Made by a program: the position numbers and the translations under genes. A DNA stretch of 64,000 bases from an uncultured cyanobacterium (GTDB lineage: Bacteria > Cyanobacteriota > Cyanobacteriia > Phormidesmidales > Phormidesmidaceae), in the NCBI GenBank assembly GCA_963793265.1, contig CAWBZI010000001.1:608001-672000 (forward strand), given 5' to 3'. Position 1 is the stretch's first letter, and each line of letters starts with the position of its first letter. The notes below the pieces were generated by a model. It had not been told where the DNA came from and did not search any database. It worked only from the letters and a program-made list of their open reading frames with translations. Of the stretch, positions 48,235 to 58,734 are shown piece by piece.

Positions 48235-49305
48235 ATGAAGTCCGAACAGCAACTTTCTATTTCGTTTAGCGGCGTACTCACAGTTTTTGCAGCCATTCCA
48301 GCCGCTATTATTGGCTGGCAGCTCAGAGGCTTGCTTCTACTCGTGATGATCTCAGTGGTGCTAGCCTGCTCTATTGCCCCTATTGTCGGCTGGGCAGAAC
48401 AGTTTCGAGTGCCCCGCTGGCTGAGCGCACTGCTCACCTATCTAGTCATCATCGGTACGCTAGTCGGCCTTGTCTTTCTAATTGGCCCTACGGTGCTCGA
48501 CCAGATTCAGCTCTTAGTCAGGCAGTTGCCGCTGCTGCTAAGAAAGGCGGCGACTCAAGTAGAAACCTGGGCGCTGACCGTGAATGAAGATCGGCCTGAC
48601 TTTACCAGTCAGGTTTTTGATCAGTTAGATGTGCAGGCGATCGCAGCCTGGGCCATCCGCTCCACCCGCCAGGTCGCCCTGAGATCCTTCAGCCTCACAA
48701 CTGGCTTCCTTGGCACACTGCTTAGCCTCGTGCTTGCCATATTCATTTCGGGCTACATGCTCGCTGATAGCAACACGCTCACCACTAACTTCATTCGGCT
48801 GTTGCCTAAGCCCTGGGACAAGCGGATTAGTCAGCAGCTACCTGAGATAGGCGATCGCATTGGCACTTACATTCGCGGACGGCTGATCGTGTCAGGAACG
48901 CTGGCGATTGTGACTGGTATAGGACTGGGGTTTTTGGGACTACAAGACTTTGCGATTGGTTTGGGGGCGATCGCAGGCGTCACTAACCTAGTACCCTTCC
49001 TCGGCCCTATTTTAGGAGCCATTCCCGCCCTCATCGTCGCTATTCCTCAAGGCGGCTGGACGGTGCTATGGGTCATCCTTTTCTACGTCGTGATTCAAAA
49101 CATTGAAACGTACCTGCTCGATCCGCTATTAGTGGGATCTTCTATCGGTGTACATCCGCTGTATCAGCTTCTTGCCGTTTTGGGAGGAGCCCAGGTTTTA
49201 GGTATTATTGGAGCGCTTATCGTGCCGCCCTGGGTTGCAGGGTTTGCCGTATTGCTCGAAAACCTCTACGTACAGCCCAAATTAAGGAGCGAAGAACCAT
49301 CCTGA
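48235..49305 (+). CDS. AI-2E family transporter
   Basis: YIRG.L, NLVPFLGP.LG.IP, IQNIE.Y.L.P, LG..GALI..P. Confidence 0.9.
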   Translation: MKSEQQLSISFSGVLTVFAAIPAAIIGWQLRGLLLLVMISVVLACSIAPIVGWAEQFRVPRWLSALLTYLVIIGTLVGLVFLIGPTVLDQIQLLVRQLPLLLRKAATQVETWALTVNEDRPDFTSQVFDQLDVQAIAAWAIRSTRQVALRSFSLTTGFLGTLLSLVLAIFISGYMLADSNTLTTNFIRLLPKPWDKRISQQLPEIGDRIGTYIRGRLIVSGTLAIVTGIGLGFLGLQDFAIGLGAIAGVTNLVPFLGPILGAIPALIVAIPQGGWTVLWVILFYVVIQNIETYLLDPLLVGSSIGVHPLYQLLAVLGGAQVLGIIGALIVPPWVAGFAVLLENLYVQPKLRSEEPS

Positions 49306-49433
49306 TAAAAGTTGATTAGCGTTGGATAGGGAGTTTGTCGGCCTGCATCCAACCGCTCACGCTTTCTATAAATGATCTCAATAATCTAAGAACTAAACAT
49401 CTCCAAACTAATCGTTTAAGCGTATCTGCCTTA

Positions 49434-49593
49434 GGAATGAGGATTAAGTAATCTACACATATCGAAGCCCTCACCCCAACCCTCTCCCGAGGGGAGAGGG
49501 AGCTAGACTCAAAGTCCTTCTCCCCTCGGGAGAAGGATTTAGGATGAGGGCTTCAATAGATGACGGTTGCGCAGTTTATTTAATCCTCGCTCC
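49434..49593. mobile_element. MITE-like non-autonomous element (160 bp) with an internal REP-like cloverleaf
   Basis: Imperfect terminal inverted repeats GGAATGAGGATTAAGTAATCT / AGTTTATTTAATCCTCGCTCC, flanked by TTA on both sides (49431-33, 49594-96). Internal hairpins CCCTCTCCC/GGGAGAGGG and TCCTTCTCCC/GGGAGAAGGA. Confidence 0.75.
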
Positions 49594-49640
49594 TTAGCGC
49601 CCCAGCAGATCGAGTTTCCTTCTATGGCTAGCGCAGTATT

Positions 49641-51428
49641 GTGAGCAGTATCGTCATCACTTTAGGCATCGTGGCCCTAGCCCTGGTGCTATTCATCGTA
49701 GAGCTATTTCCCGCAGACATCACGGCGCTAAGCGTCATGGTGGCGCTCATTCTGCTCAAGCAAGTCTCACCTGAAGAAGGCATTGCAGGCTTCAGCAATC
49801 CGGCCACCATCACCGTCATGGCGATGTTCATTCTCAGCTCAGGCGTCGCCAGAACCGGCGCGCTGCAAAAGGCGAGCGGCTGGCTAATTCAATGGGGCGG
49901 TAAAAGACTAACGCAGCAAATCATAGCGCTTGGACTAATCGTCGGCCCAATGTCGGCACTGGTAAACAACACTGCTGTCGTCTCTGTCTTTTTGCCCATT
50001 GTCGAAGACTTTTGCCAGCAGCACCGCATTTCACCGTCTAAGCTGCTGATGCCTTTGTCTTTTGCCACTATCTTAGGCGGCATGATCACCGTTATCGGCA
50101 CCTCCACCAGCGTACTAGCCAGCGGACTTTCGGCTGATTTAGGGCTGGGTGAATTCTCCTTATTTCAGTTCACCGCCCTCGGCATCATCATATTTGTCAT
50201 CGGCATGGCCTACTTAGCCTTCATCGCGCCCCGGCTCTTACCCAACCGGCAAATAGACGATCGCGGCCTCAGCCAAAAGTACGGCATGAAAGACTACGTG
50301 AGTGAGTTAGTCATTACGCCACGCTCTAGCCTGGTGGGCCAAACGCTACAGGCCAGTCAGCTACAGCGACGCTTTGACGTAGACGTGCTAGAGCTGATTC
50401 GTAACAACACCCATTTTCCACAGCCGTTTGCCGATAAAACCCTAGCGGCCAGCGATATTTTACTTGCCCGTGGCGGTAAACAAGATTTACTCAAGATTCG
50501 TGAAAGTGAAGGGCTAGAGATACTACCAGACGTTCAGTTTGGGCAAAAGTCATGGCAGGGAGGCATTGGTGAAGAGGAAGGGATCGCTGAGGCGCTGGTG
50601 ATTGCGAACTCTAATTTGATTGGCTCGACGCTGAAAGATATGCGCTTTCGGCAGCGGTATAACGTGACGGTGCTGGCAATCAGGCGAGGACAGGAGTTGT
50701 TGCGCGATCGCATGGGAAAAGTCCCCCTACGCTTCGGCGATCTGCTCCTCGTACAGGGGCCAAAACAAAGCTTAGTCGGTATTCAAACCAGCCGTAACCT
50801 ACTTTTACTAGAGCAACGCAGCCTCGAAACGCTACGCACAGGCAAAGCAAATATTGCCCTAGCCATCGGCCTTTCTGTGGTCATCGCGGCGGCTGTCACC
50901 GACTATCCCATCTTAGTTTCAGCCTTAGCCGGGGTCGTCGCCATGATCCTCACTGGCTGCTTAAAACCAGGCGAACTCTATCAGGCCGTCCGCTGGGACG
51001 TTATCTTTCTACTCGCCTGCTTGATCCCTTTAGGCACAGCCATGCAAAACTCGGGAGCCACCGAATGGATAGCGAGCCAGCTTGTCAGCGTCGGCGGCGG
51101 CATGTCTAGCTACTGGCTGCTGACGCTGCTTTATGTGATTACAGTGCTCTTAACCGCCGTATTATCAAATAATGCCTCTGTCATCTTGCTACTGCCCATC
51201 GGCGCGCAGGTCGCTAGCTCTATCGGGATCAATCCCCTCACGGCCATATTTATTGTCACGTTTGCGGCCTCTAATAGCTTTATGACGCCAATTGGCTATC
51301 AAACGAACACGATGGTCTATAGCGCTGGTGGCTATCGCTTTCTCGACTTTTTGAAAGTAGGTGGCCCGCTGGCGTTGATTATGACGATTATCACGCCGCC
51401 TTTAGCAATTTGGATCTACGGGCTGTAG
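49641..51428 (+). CDS. SLC13/DASS family permease with two TrkA-C domains (probable sulfate transporter)
   Basis: SALVNNTAVV, GGMITVIGTST, two TrkA-C repeats, SFMTPIGYQTN; adjacent to cysC. Confidence 0.9.
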   Translation: MSSIVITLGIVALALVLFIVELFPADITALSVMVALILLKQVSPEEGIAGFSNPATITVMAMFILSSGVARTGALQKASGWLIQWGGKRLTQQIIALGLIVGPMSALVNNTAVVSVFLPIVEDFCQQHRISPSKLLMPLSFATILGGMITVIGTSTSVLASGLSADLGLGEFSLFQFTALGIIIFVIGMAYLAFIAPRLLPNRQIDDRGLSQKYGMKDYVSELVITPRSSLVGQTLQASQLQRRFDVDVLELIRNNTHFPQPFADKTLAASDILLARGGKQDLLKIRESEGLEILPDVQFGQKSWQGGIGEEEGIAEALVIANSNLIGSTLKDMRFRQRYNVTVLAIRRGQELLRDRMGKVPLRFGDLLLVQGPKQSLVGIQTSRNLLLLEQRSLETLRTGKANIALAIGLSVVIAAAVTDYPILVSALAGVVAMILTGCLKPGELYQAVRWDVIFLLACLIPLGTAMQNSGATEWIASQLVSVGGGMSSYWLLTLLYVITVLLTAVLSNNASVILLLPIGAQVASSIGINPLTAIFIVTFAASNSFMTPIGYQTNTMVYSAGGYRFLDFLKVGGPLALIMTIITPPLAIWIYGL

Positions 51429-51514
51429 GGGCATCGGAAAACACGGGTTCGCTAGTGCCCTCCTTGATGGTAAAACTGGTTTTTTTAGTTGATTGTTAGG
51501 AGATATCAAGAACA

Positions 51515-52078
51515 ATGCCATCAGAACTGTCATCAAAACAGAAGGGCGTTACGGTTTGGTTTACGGGCCTTAGCGGCGCAGGTAAAACCACGATTAACGA
51601 TGCGCTGACTGCAAAATTGCGCGATCGCGGCATCAAGCTAGAGGTGCTAGACGGCGACATCGTTCGCACTAATCTCACAAAAGGCTTGGGCTTTAGCAAA
51701 GAAGACCGCGATGAAAACGTGCGTCGAATTGGCTTCGTGTCTAACCTGCTTACTCGCAACGGTGTGATTGTGCTAGTCGCGGCCATTTCACCTTACCGGG
51801 CCATTCGTGAGGAAGTGCGATCGCGTATTGGCGATTTTATAGAAGTCCACGTTTCAGCGCCCGTAGAAGTTTGCGAAGAGCGCGACGTAAAAGGGCTGTA
51901 TGCCAAAGCTCGCTCGGGTGAAATCAAACAGTTCACCGGCATTAGCGATCCTTACGAGGAGCCTATGAACCCTGAAGTGAACTGTGAAACGCACAAGGAG
52001 ACTTTAGAAGAGAGCGTCAACAAAGTGATCGCTAAGCTCGAAGAAATGGGCTACGTACCTGCGGCTGTTGCAGCCTAA
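51515..52078 (+). CDS. cysC: Adenylyl-sulfate kinase
   Basis: WFTGLSGAGKTT, LDGD.VR, DR.ENVRR, ISPY, RDVKGLY.KAR.G.I..FTGISDPYE. Confidence 0.97.
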   Translation: MPSELSSKQKGVTVWFTGLSGAGKTTINDALTAKLRDRGIKLEVLDGDIVRTNLTKGLGFSKEDRDENVRRIGFVSNLLTRNGVIVLVAAISPYRAIREEVRSRIGDFIEVHVSAPVEVCEERDVKGLYAKARSGEIKQFTGISDPYEEPMNPEVNCETHKETLEESVNKVIAKLEEMGYVPAAVAA

Positions 52079-52084
52079 AGCCTG

Positions 52085-53416
52085 CTAGCGCATCAAATCG
52101 TCGAGTTCGGCGTAGTCGGGTAGGGTGGTATCAATTTGCTTACCCGCGCGAATTACCGTGCGATCGCCCTGCCCCCTCGCCATCAGCTCATTAAAACTGC
52201 GCGCCTTAAACACCACAAAATCCGCCCCCATTCCCTCGCCTATCAAGCCAACCGCCAGCCCCATCATCTCAGCAGGCGTCTTCGTCACCGCCAGCGGCCA
52301 GCTCCCCACCGGACGATCCAAATGCCCAATCCGGGCTGACTGCACAAACACCTCCAGTCCATCGTGATCCCCATAGGCAAAAAACGGATCGCGACAGTTA
52401 TCTGAGGCCAAAGCCACGTTCACACCCGCTGCCTTCAGCTCATGCAGCAGCGTCACCCCTCGATACCGGGGCGTTTTTCCTGGATGCCTGTCTTGCAAAT
52501 ACAGGTTACACATCGGCAGGCTCACCACAGAAATGCCTGCCGCTTTCACTGCATTGATTGTTTTATCCACCTCTTCTTTGGACTGCACAGACAAGCTACA
52601 GCAGTGCCCGCAAGTGATTTTTCCTAAGAATTTATGTCGGATAGCAGCTTCAGCGACAAGGCGTAGGGCGATCGCATCAGAATCCAAACTCTCATCCGTA
52701 TGAAAGTCCAAATCTAACGCTCTCTCTTTCGCCAGCTCAAATACCCGATCAATTTGTTGAACAATATCGGGGTTCATGAAGGCGACGCCGCCAAGCACGC
52801 CGCCCGAATCGGATACTAGATCAGCTAGCTTCTCTCCTTTCGATCCCGAAAAGTAGTCCAGCGTTACCAGGCAAGCCGCCTGCAAATGTAGCCTGTCAGC
52901 CCAGTGCGATCGCAGCTGCCGAAACACCTCAAAGCTAATTTCTCCCTGCTCATCAAACGCATCCAAATGCGTCCGTACTGCCTGCGTACCGTGCGCGTAG
53001 CTACACTTCAGCCCAAACGCCATCCGCTGGTAAACATCTTCTGCATTCCATCGCTCACTACGGTCATTCCCGGCAGCAGATAGCGCACTCGCAAAAGTAC
53101 CATCTGGATTGGGGCTACGCGGCCAGATATGCCCTTTATCTAAGTGAGTATGTATATCTACAAAGCAAGGCCAAATCAGCCCGGAGTGAACGTCTACGCT
53201 CGGTACAGATTGAGGGATGTCTGGGGCTGCTGGTCTTATGGTTTTTATTTTGCGATCGCTCACCTCGATATCCACACCAATCAGCGCCTCATGATGGTCG
53301 CTAGAGCGTTCGATTTCTACTGTCTCAAAAGTTCCTTGAGCCAGTAGCGCCAAAGGAACTCGCCCGTTACGCAACCAGTAGCGAGGAGCGGTAGGCACCG
53401 TGCAAAAAGAACTCAT
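52085..53416 (-). CDS. codA: Cytosine deaminase (amidohydrolase)
   Basis: DIHTHLDKGH, RTH.D, DFHTDE, GHCCSL, SDNCRDPF. Confidence 0.9.
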   Translation of the reverse strand: MSSFCTVPTAPRYWLRNGRVPLALLAQGTFETVEIERSSDHHEALIGVDIEVSDRKIKTIRPAAPDIPQSVPSVDVHSGLIWPCFVDIHTHLDKGHIWPRSPNPDGTFASALSAAGNDRSERWNAEDVYQRMAFGLKCSYAHGTQAVRTHLDAFDEQGEISFEVFRQLRSHWADRLHLQAACLVTLDYFSGSKGEKLADLVSDSGGVLGGVAFMNPDIVQQIDRVFELAKERALDLDFHTDESLDSDAIALRLVAEAAIRHKFLGKITCGHCCSLSVQSKEEVDKTINAVKAAGISVVSLPMCNLYLQDRHPGKTPRYRGVTLLHELKAAGVNVALASDNCRDPFFAYGDHDGLEVFVQSARIGHLDRPVGSWPLAVTKTPAEMMGLAVGLIGEGMGADFVVFKARSFNELMARGQGDRTVIRAGKQIDTTLPDYAELDDLMR

Positions 53417-53504
53417 CTTCAAAATAGCCTCAAACAAAATAGGTAGCGCTGTTAGCTACACTAAACCTAGCCGCTCAGCGCCTTTTTACTAAGGCTCAGC
53501 AATT

Positions 53505-54161
53505 ATGGTTCAGCAGCTCTTCAAAATAGACTCTACAACAGACATCATCTATCCTGATTGCGACGGTCAACCCATGGCGGACAATACCGAGCAATTTCAG
53601 TGGATCGTCAACATTAAAGAGAATTTAGAAGCTATCTACAAAGACGATCCCAATGTTTTTGTAGCGGGCGACCTCCTGTGGTATCCCATTGAAGGCGACA
53701 ACAAAACTCGCCAAGCACCTGACACCATGGTTGCCCTCGGCAGGCCCAAAGGCTATCGCGGCTCATATATGCAGTGGAAAGAAGACGGCATCGCGCCTCA
53801 AGTCGTTTTTGAAATTCTTTCACCAGGGAATCGCATGGGCGAGATGTTCAAAAAATTCCACTTCTATCAGCGTCATGGCGTCCAGGAATACTACGTCTAC
53901 GACCCATACGATATAGAGCTAATGGGCTGGCAGCTTATGAATCAACGCCTGGAAATCATCGAAGGCATTGAGGATTGGACAAGTCCACTGCTTCAAATTC
54001 GTTTCGTCGTCAAACCTGACACGCTAGAGATCTATAGGCCGGATGGGAAACCCTTCTTGAGCCTAGCTGATACCCAGCAAAAGCTAGACGAATCTGAAGC
54101 TCGGAACACTCGCCTTACAGAGAAACTAAAAGAGCTGGGGATCGACCCGTCAGAAATTTAA
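53505..54161 (+). CDS. Uma2 family PD-(D/E)XK endonuclease-like protein
   Basis: YPDCDGQPMADNTEQF, APD.MV, PQVVFEILSPGN, GVQEYYVYDP. Confidence 0.92.
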   Translation: MVQQLFKIDSTTDIIYPDCDGQPMADNTEQFQWIVNIKENLEAIYKDDPNVFVAGDLLWYPIEGDNKTRQAPDTMVALGRPKGYRGSYMQWKEDGIAPQVVFEILSPGNRMGEMFKKFHFYQRHGVQEYYVYDPYDIELMGWQLMNQRLEIIEGIEDWTSPLLQIRFVVKPDTLEIYRPDGKPFLSLADTQQKLDESEARNTRLTEKLKELGIDPSEI

Positions 54162-54178
54162 TGAGCGGTATTAAGCGG

Positions 54179-55144
54179 TTACTGTGCAGCTCTTTCGACC
54201 CATTCCACAACCTGATTGCCTAGCCTTACATTGTCTAGGCGGTCAATCTCGCGGATGCCGGTAGGGCTAGTAACGTTCACCTCAGTCAGGTAGCCGCCGA
54301 TAATATCGAGTCCGACAAAAATCAGGCCATCCCGCCGTAGAGCAGGCGCAACCTGTTTGCAAATTTCTAAATCGCGCTCAGTAAGTTCGGTTTTATCACT
54401 ACGACCGCCGACTGCCATATTGCCGCGAAACTCTTTGCCAGTAGGCACCCGGTTCACCGACCCAATCGGATCGCCATTGAGCATGACCACGCGCTTATCA
54501 CCTTCTTTAGCCGCTGGTAAATAGGTTTGCACCATCACGGGCTCTTGGCCTCGGTGGGTGCTCACTTCGATAATGGAATTGAAGTTGCGATCGCCCCCTT
54601 CCAAAAACAAAATCCCTTCTCCACCCTTTCCGCCCAAAGGCTTCAGCACCCCAGCGCCCCAGCTTTCTACCGCCTCACGAATCACGTGCTTATCAGCACT
54701 CACAATCGTCTTCGGAATCGCCTCTGTGAACTGCATCGCGTACATCTTCTCATTCGCCATCCGCAACCCGCTCGGAGAGTTAATCACCTGAGTTTTCAAT
54801 GGATCGATGTAGTCAAGAATATAGGTGACATAGAGATAAGGCACCGTCACAGGCGGATCGGTTCGCATGAACACAGCACCCATATCTTCTAGCGATCGCC
54901 ACGTTGCCTCACCAAGCTGATACCAATCCGGTTCAGATATCCACCTCTGACCCTCTTGCACCACCGGCTTCATCGTTATTGGCTGCAGCCAACCGCAGGC
55001 TTTTCCATCTACCACACCCAACCGGTCAGCCTGAGTGATATACACCTGATGGCCCAAAACCTGCGCCGCCTCCATGATTGCCACACTCGTATCGTGACCT
55101 GGATCTAATCGCGCAATGGGATCAATAATGAACGCAAATTTCAA
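54179..55144 (-). CDS. gshB: Glutathione synthetase
   Basis: FIIDP......HDTS, FMRTDPP, NEK, KPL.G.GG.G, GDKR, RGN.A.GG, EVNVTSPTG. Confidence 0.97.
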   Translation of the reverse strand: MKFAFIIDPIARLDPGHDTSVAIMEAAQVLGHQVYITQADRLGVVDGKACGWLQPITMKPVVQEGQRWISEPDWYQLGEATWRSLEDMGAVFMRTDPPVTVPYLYVTYILDYIDPLKTQVINSPSGLRMANEKMYAMQFTEAIPKTIVSADKHVIREAVESWGAGVLKPLGGKGGEGILFLEGGDRNFNSIIEVSTHRGQEPVMVQTYLPAAKEGDKRVVMLNGDPIGSVNRVPTGKEFRGNMAVGGRSDKTELTERDLEICKQVAPALRRDGLIFVGLDIIGGYLTEVNVTSPTGIREIDRLDNVRLGNQVVEWVERAAQ

Positions 55145-55534
55145 TAGAATTCTCCTGAGAGAGTAGCCCTTGAATGGACATATAGAGCATAGGACAAAAT
55201 AATCGTGTTACCGCTGTAATCGTTGCACAGATACTTGTTTTGAAGGGTATTTATATCGCCTTAAGCCTTGTGCAAATGTTTGTGAAATCTTTACCCTGAC
55301 CACATCTCAGGGGGAGAAACTGCAAGCTATGTTGTACGCATATTCTGCAAGCAATAAGTTCGTCTTCAGAAGTTAGATGGACAAAGGCTGTAGTAACAGC
55401 CTGCTTAGAAAAGTTTTAGAGAAAGCTTGAATGCTGTGCCAATTCAAATTGGGTAACATTACCGATTCGCGAGTCCATTCGGAGTCTCTAATGTGAGCGG
55501 TAGCTAGGGCTGAAGGGTTGAGAGGAGATCGCAC

Positions 55535-55702
55535 ATGTTCGTTAGATTAATACAGGCCACCACCATTACGATGGCGCTATACGTTTTGCTAGGGCTGAGC
55601 GCCCTACAGACCCAAACAGCCGAAGGGAATAATGCCAAAGTTAACGTGGAGCCAGCCGAGGCACTCGTTGCACTAAAACAAGCGTTCACTCGCCGTCAGT
55701 AG
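55535..55702 (+). CDS. Small exported/membrane peptide, 55 aa
   Basis: MFVRLIQATTITMALYVLLGLSALQTQTAEGNNAKVNVEPAEALVALKQAFTRRQ; GAGGAG RBS 7 nt upstream; signal-peptide-like N-terminus; terminator downstream. Confidence 0.65.
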   Translation: MFVRLIQATTITMALYVLLGLSALQTQTAEGNNAKVNVEPAEALVALKQAFTRRQ

Positions 55703-55734
55703 GCATGTCGGTAATATTCTTTGAGTATTTCAGC

Positions 55735-55771
55735 AAAAAACGCACTCTGCTACTAGCAAGGTGCGTTTTTT
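55735..55771. terminator. Bidirectional intrinsic terminator
   Basis: AAAAAA-CGCAC...GTGCG-TTTTTT between convergent genes. Confidence 0.75.
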
Positions 55772-55833
55772 ATTAATTTCATATCCGTATCAGATAACGC
55801 TTAAAACGTACTGAAACTATCAACAAAGTAACC

Positions 55834-56127
55834 CTACACCAGAGCTGGCGACGCGCTTAAGGCAGCAGGTGAAAAACTAGGCGCATAGGCTTCAATAACG
55901 CGTCCTGTCTCAGCGCACATCGTCATCAAATAGTCGCAGTGAGAGCACTGAGTACGAACAATATTTTCTTGATGGTAGCGCTCGGCGGAGCTGCCGCAGG
56001 TAGGGCAATGTACTCTTTGTACCGTCGCGGGCACAGAAGCGCTCTTGCTATCTTGCGACAAGAAGGACTCCAAAAAGTGCTTCGCGGGTCTTTCCATGGC
56101 CTTCATAGTTCTTAATGACTTACTCAT
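55834..56127 (-). CDS. Small zinc-ribbon protein
   Basis: CPTCGS.AER...RTQCSHCDYLM..C..TG.VIEAYAP (two CxxC motifs). Confidence 0.75.
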   Translation of the reverse strand: MSKSLRTMKAMERPAKHFLESFLSQDSKSASVPATVQRVHCPTCGSSAERYHQENIVRTQCSHCDYLMTMCAETGRVIEAYAPSFSPAALSASPALV

Positions 56128-56811
56128 TTTTTAGGACGCTGTTGCCTGGGGAGTATGGAATACAAACTCACAGGTTCCAGAGATTTGGCTTGCTCGTTAT
56201 CTCCCATATTATGCCAACTTATCTATGCGGTAGCAAAGCGTCTTAAGACATATGAAAAGATGGGGATCGCCTATCCTCAGACTGATCCCCGGATATCTGA
56301 AACGCTTGCCAGCTCAAGGGTAGATGAGTATTTATGCCTGCGCTAAAGGGATGAAACAAGCCTTTTTTGATGCCTCTGGCGTTTGACAAATAAAGGTTTG
56401 CTTTATAATTGAGGCCGATTGCCTTTACGGTTCTCAACACTATCTCATGTCGCAATATTGACAATAGTTAAGATAAAAATCAATGCTGTTCTTTAAACGC
56501 AGGAATGTATCAGAAAACACTTTTCTGTTTAAGGCACTATGAGGCGTTTTTAAAGCGTTTTTTAATCGGAGCTTAATGCTAAGGCTTGTGCTTAAAAGCT
56601 GAACCAAACGCCTCACAAATCAATCGACTAAATTAGTCAGTTAGGCTAATAGCCTTAGCAATAAACGTCACTAAAACTGTCAGCTTTTCTTATTAAGTGA
56701 TTTCGCTTATTTTCACCTTCTTTTTCTAACAGAAACATCCTGTAGAAACCGCGTAGCTCAGACGAACATCTGTAAACAAAGCGTGGCGAGATTCACGACA
56801 GCTTCCAACGT

Positions 56812-58734
56812 TTATGAAGCGGCTGAAGGGTGAAAGTAGTCGTAGATTTGCTGCGCAAGCTGAGGGCCAATACCGTCTACGGTCGCAAGCTGTTTGGGCG
56901 AAGCCTCACGAATATAGTCAATAGAGCGGAAGTTGGCAAGTAGCTGTTTGCGACGGTGGTGGCCAAGTCCGGGGATGTCTTCTAAGCGCGATCGCCGCAT
57001 CCGACCCATTCGCCGCTTGCGATGAAAGCTCACGGCAAATCGGTGCGCCTCATCACGCAAACGACGCAGCAGCATTACCCCAGGCTGATCGGCCTCAGTA
57101 TCCAGCGACTTCTTCTCACCCGGCAAAAAGATTTCCTCTAGCCGCTTAGCTAGGCTTACCACCCGCAGTTCACTCAGCAAGTTCATATCTTCTAGCACCG
57201 CAACAACCGCCGATAGCTGGCCCTTACCACCGTCGATCATCACTAAATCTGGCCAGTCGGGATTGCCCACGCGCTGCAAAGTCAGATCTTCTGCGTAGCG
57301 GCGGAAGCGACGACCAATTACTTCGGCCATGCTGGCAAAGTCGTCAGAGTGACCGCTGGTAACCGTAGGGTTTTTAATTTTGTACGTGCGGTAGTGCTGC
57401 TTGGCCGGGAGGCCGTCGATAAAGACAACCTGCGAGGCCACCGCATCAGAGCCCTGTACGTGGGAGATATCGTAGCCTTCAATCCGCTTAGGGGGGCCTG
57501 GCAAGTCGGCTAGCTCAGCGAGATCTTGCATGGCCTGATTGTTGCGATCGGCAAAGCGTTGGGTGCGTGCTAGCTCGTATTGGGCGTTGCGCTCCACCAT
57601 TTCTACTAGCTCAGCTTTAGACTGGCGCTGAGGCGTATCGATAGAGACTTTTCGGCCTTTTTGCACAGTTAAAAACTCAGCGAGCATGTCGCTTTCGGGT
57701 AGCGGATGCTGCGCCAAAATCTCGGCAGGGATCTCCACCGGATCGACCAGGCGATAGTGTTCTTCTAATACGCGCTGAAGGATTTCGCCAGGCGTACCTG
57801 ACTGAGTGTCGGCGACGAAGCCGAGGCGACCGACTAAGCGGCCCGCGCGGATTTGGAAGAGCTGTACGCAGGCGTGTTCATCGTCGGCAGACAGGGCGAT
57901 CGCATCCCGAGAAACCGTATCGTCTGGCAAAGCAACCTTTTGATGCGCCCCCAGCGTTTCGAGTCCCTTTACCTGATCGCGAATGAGCGCTGCTTTCTCA
58001 AAGTCAAGATCTTCAGCAGCTTTATTCATTTTGTCGGTGAGGATGTCGATCAGCTCGTGCGATCGCCCTTGAAACACCATCGCTACCCGCTGCACAATCT
58101 TGTGATATTCCTCAGGCGTAATCATCTGCTGACACACGCCAGGGCACTGCCCAATGTCGTAATTGAGGCAGGGACGATCCTTAAATAAAGGCTGACGGCG
58201 CTGCCGCAAAGGAAAAATTCGCTTAGCAATTTGCAGCGTCCGCCTGAGCAAACCCGTGTCTACATAGGGCCCGTAGTAGCGGCTTTTAGCGTCTTTTCGG
58301 CGCTTGCGCGTAATAAAAATACGCGGATAGTCCTCCCCCCAAGTAATGCAAAGGAAGGGATACTTCTTATCATCTTTGAGCAGCACATTGTACTCAGGCT
58401 GATGCTGCTTGATCAGGTTAGCCTCTAAAGCCAGCGCCTCTGCTTCAGTATCCGTAACAATAAACTCAATATCAGCCACCTTAGCCACCATCGCCGAAAT
58501 CCGAGGCGAGTGGTGATGCGCGGCATCGCGAAAATAAGAGCGGACGCGGTTACGCAGGCTTTTCGACTTACCAATGTAGAGGATTTGGTCGGTGTCATCC
58601 CGCATGAAATAAACCCCTGGCTCCTGAGGAATCTCTTTGAGCCGAGCTTCTAGCCGTTCAGCATCCTTAAGCAAGGTCTTAACCAAAGTTCCAGAGGCGG
58701 CGGTAGAGGTTTTGAGGTTTGAGAGATCAGACAC
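56812..58734 (-). CDS. uvrC: Excinuclease ABC subunit C
   Basis: GIY-YIG (PGVYFM...LYIGKS), UVR domain, [25 protein letters not shown]-terminal HhH. Confidence 0.97.
   Translation of the reverse strand: MSDLSNLKTSTAASGTLVKTLLKDAERLEARLKEIPQEPGVYFMRDDTDQILYIGKSKSLRNRVRSYFRDAAHHHSPRISAMVAKVADIEFIVTDTEAEALALEANLIKQHQPEYNVLLKDDKKYPFLCITWGEDYPRIFITRKRRKDAKSRYYGPYVDTGLLRRTLQIAKRIFPLRQRRQPLFKDRPCLNYDIGQCPGVCQQMITPEEYHKIVQRVAMVFQGRSHELIDILTDKMNKAAEDLDFEKAALIRDQVKGLETLGAHQKVALPDDTVSRDAIALSADDEHACVQLFQIRAGRLVGRLGFVADTQSGTPGEILQRVLEEHYRLVDPVEIPAEILAQHPLPESDMLAEFLTVQKGRKVSIDTPQRQSKAELVEMVERNAQYELARTQRFADRNNQAMQDLAELADLPGPPKRIEGYDISHVQGSDAVASQVVFIDGLPAKQHYRTYKIKNPTVTSGHSDDFASMAEVIGRRFRRYAEDLTLQRVGNPDWPDLVMIDGGKGQLSAVVAVLEDMNLLSELRVVSLAKRLEEIFLPGEKKSLDTEADQPGVMLLRRLRDEAHRFAVSFHRKRRMGRMRRSRLEDIPGLGHHRRKQLLANFRSIDYIREASPKQLATVDGIGPQLAQQIYDYFHPSAAS

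Noticed and set aside
53505..54161. Uma2 nuclease as part of a defence system
   Set aside because: Solitary member of a family with many dispersed paralogs in cyanobacteria; neighbours are housekeeping genes.
55504..55689. 61-aa minus-strand ORF
   Set aside because: Antisense to the 55-aa plus-strand ORF that has an RBS and terminator.
55834..56127. Zinc-ribbon protein as PriA helicase
   Set aside because: Only 97 aa with no helicase motifs.
56155..56464. Short ORFs in the AT-rich gap
   Set aside because: No family motifs, overlapping on opposite strands, and no independent support.
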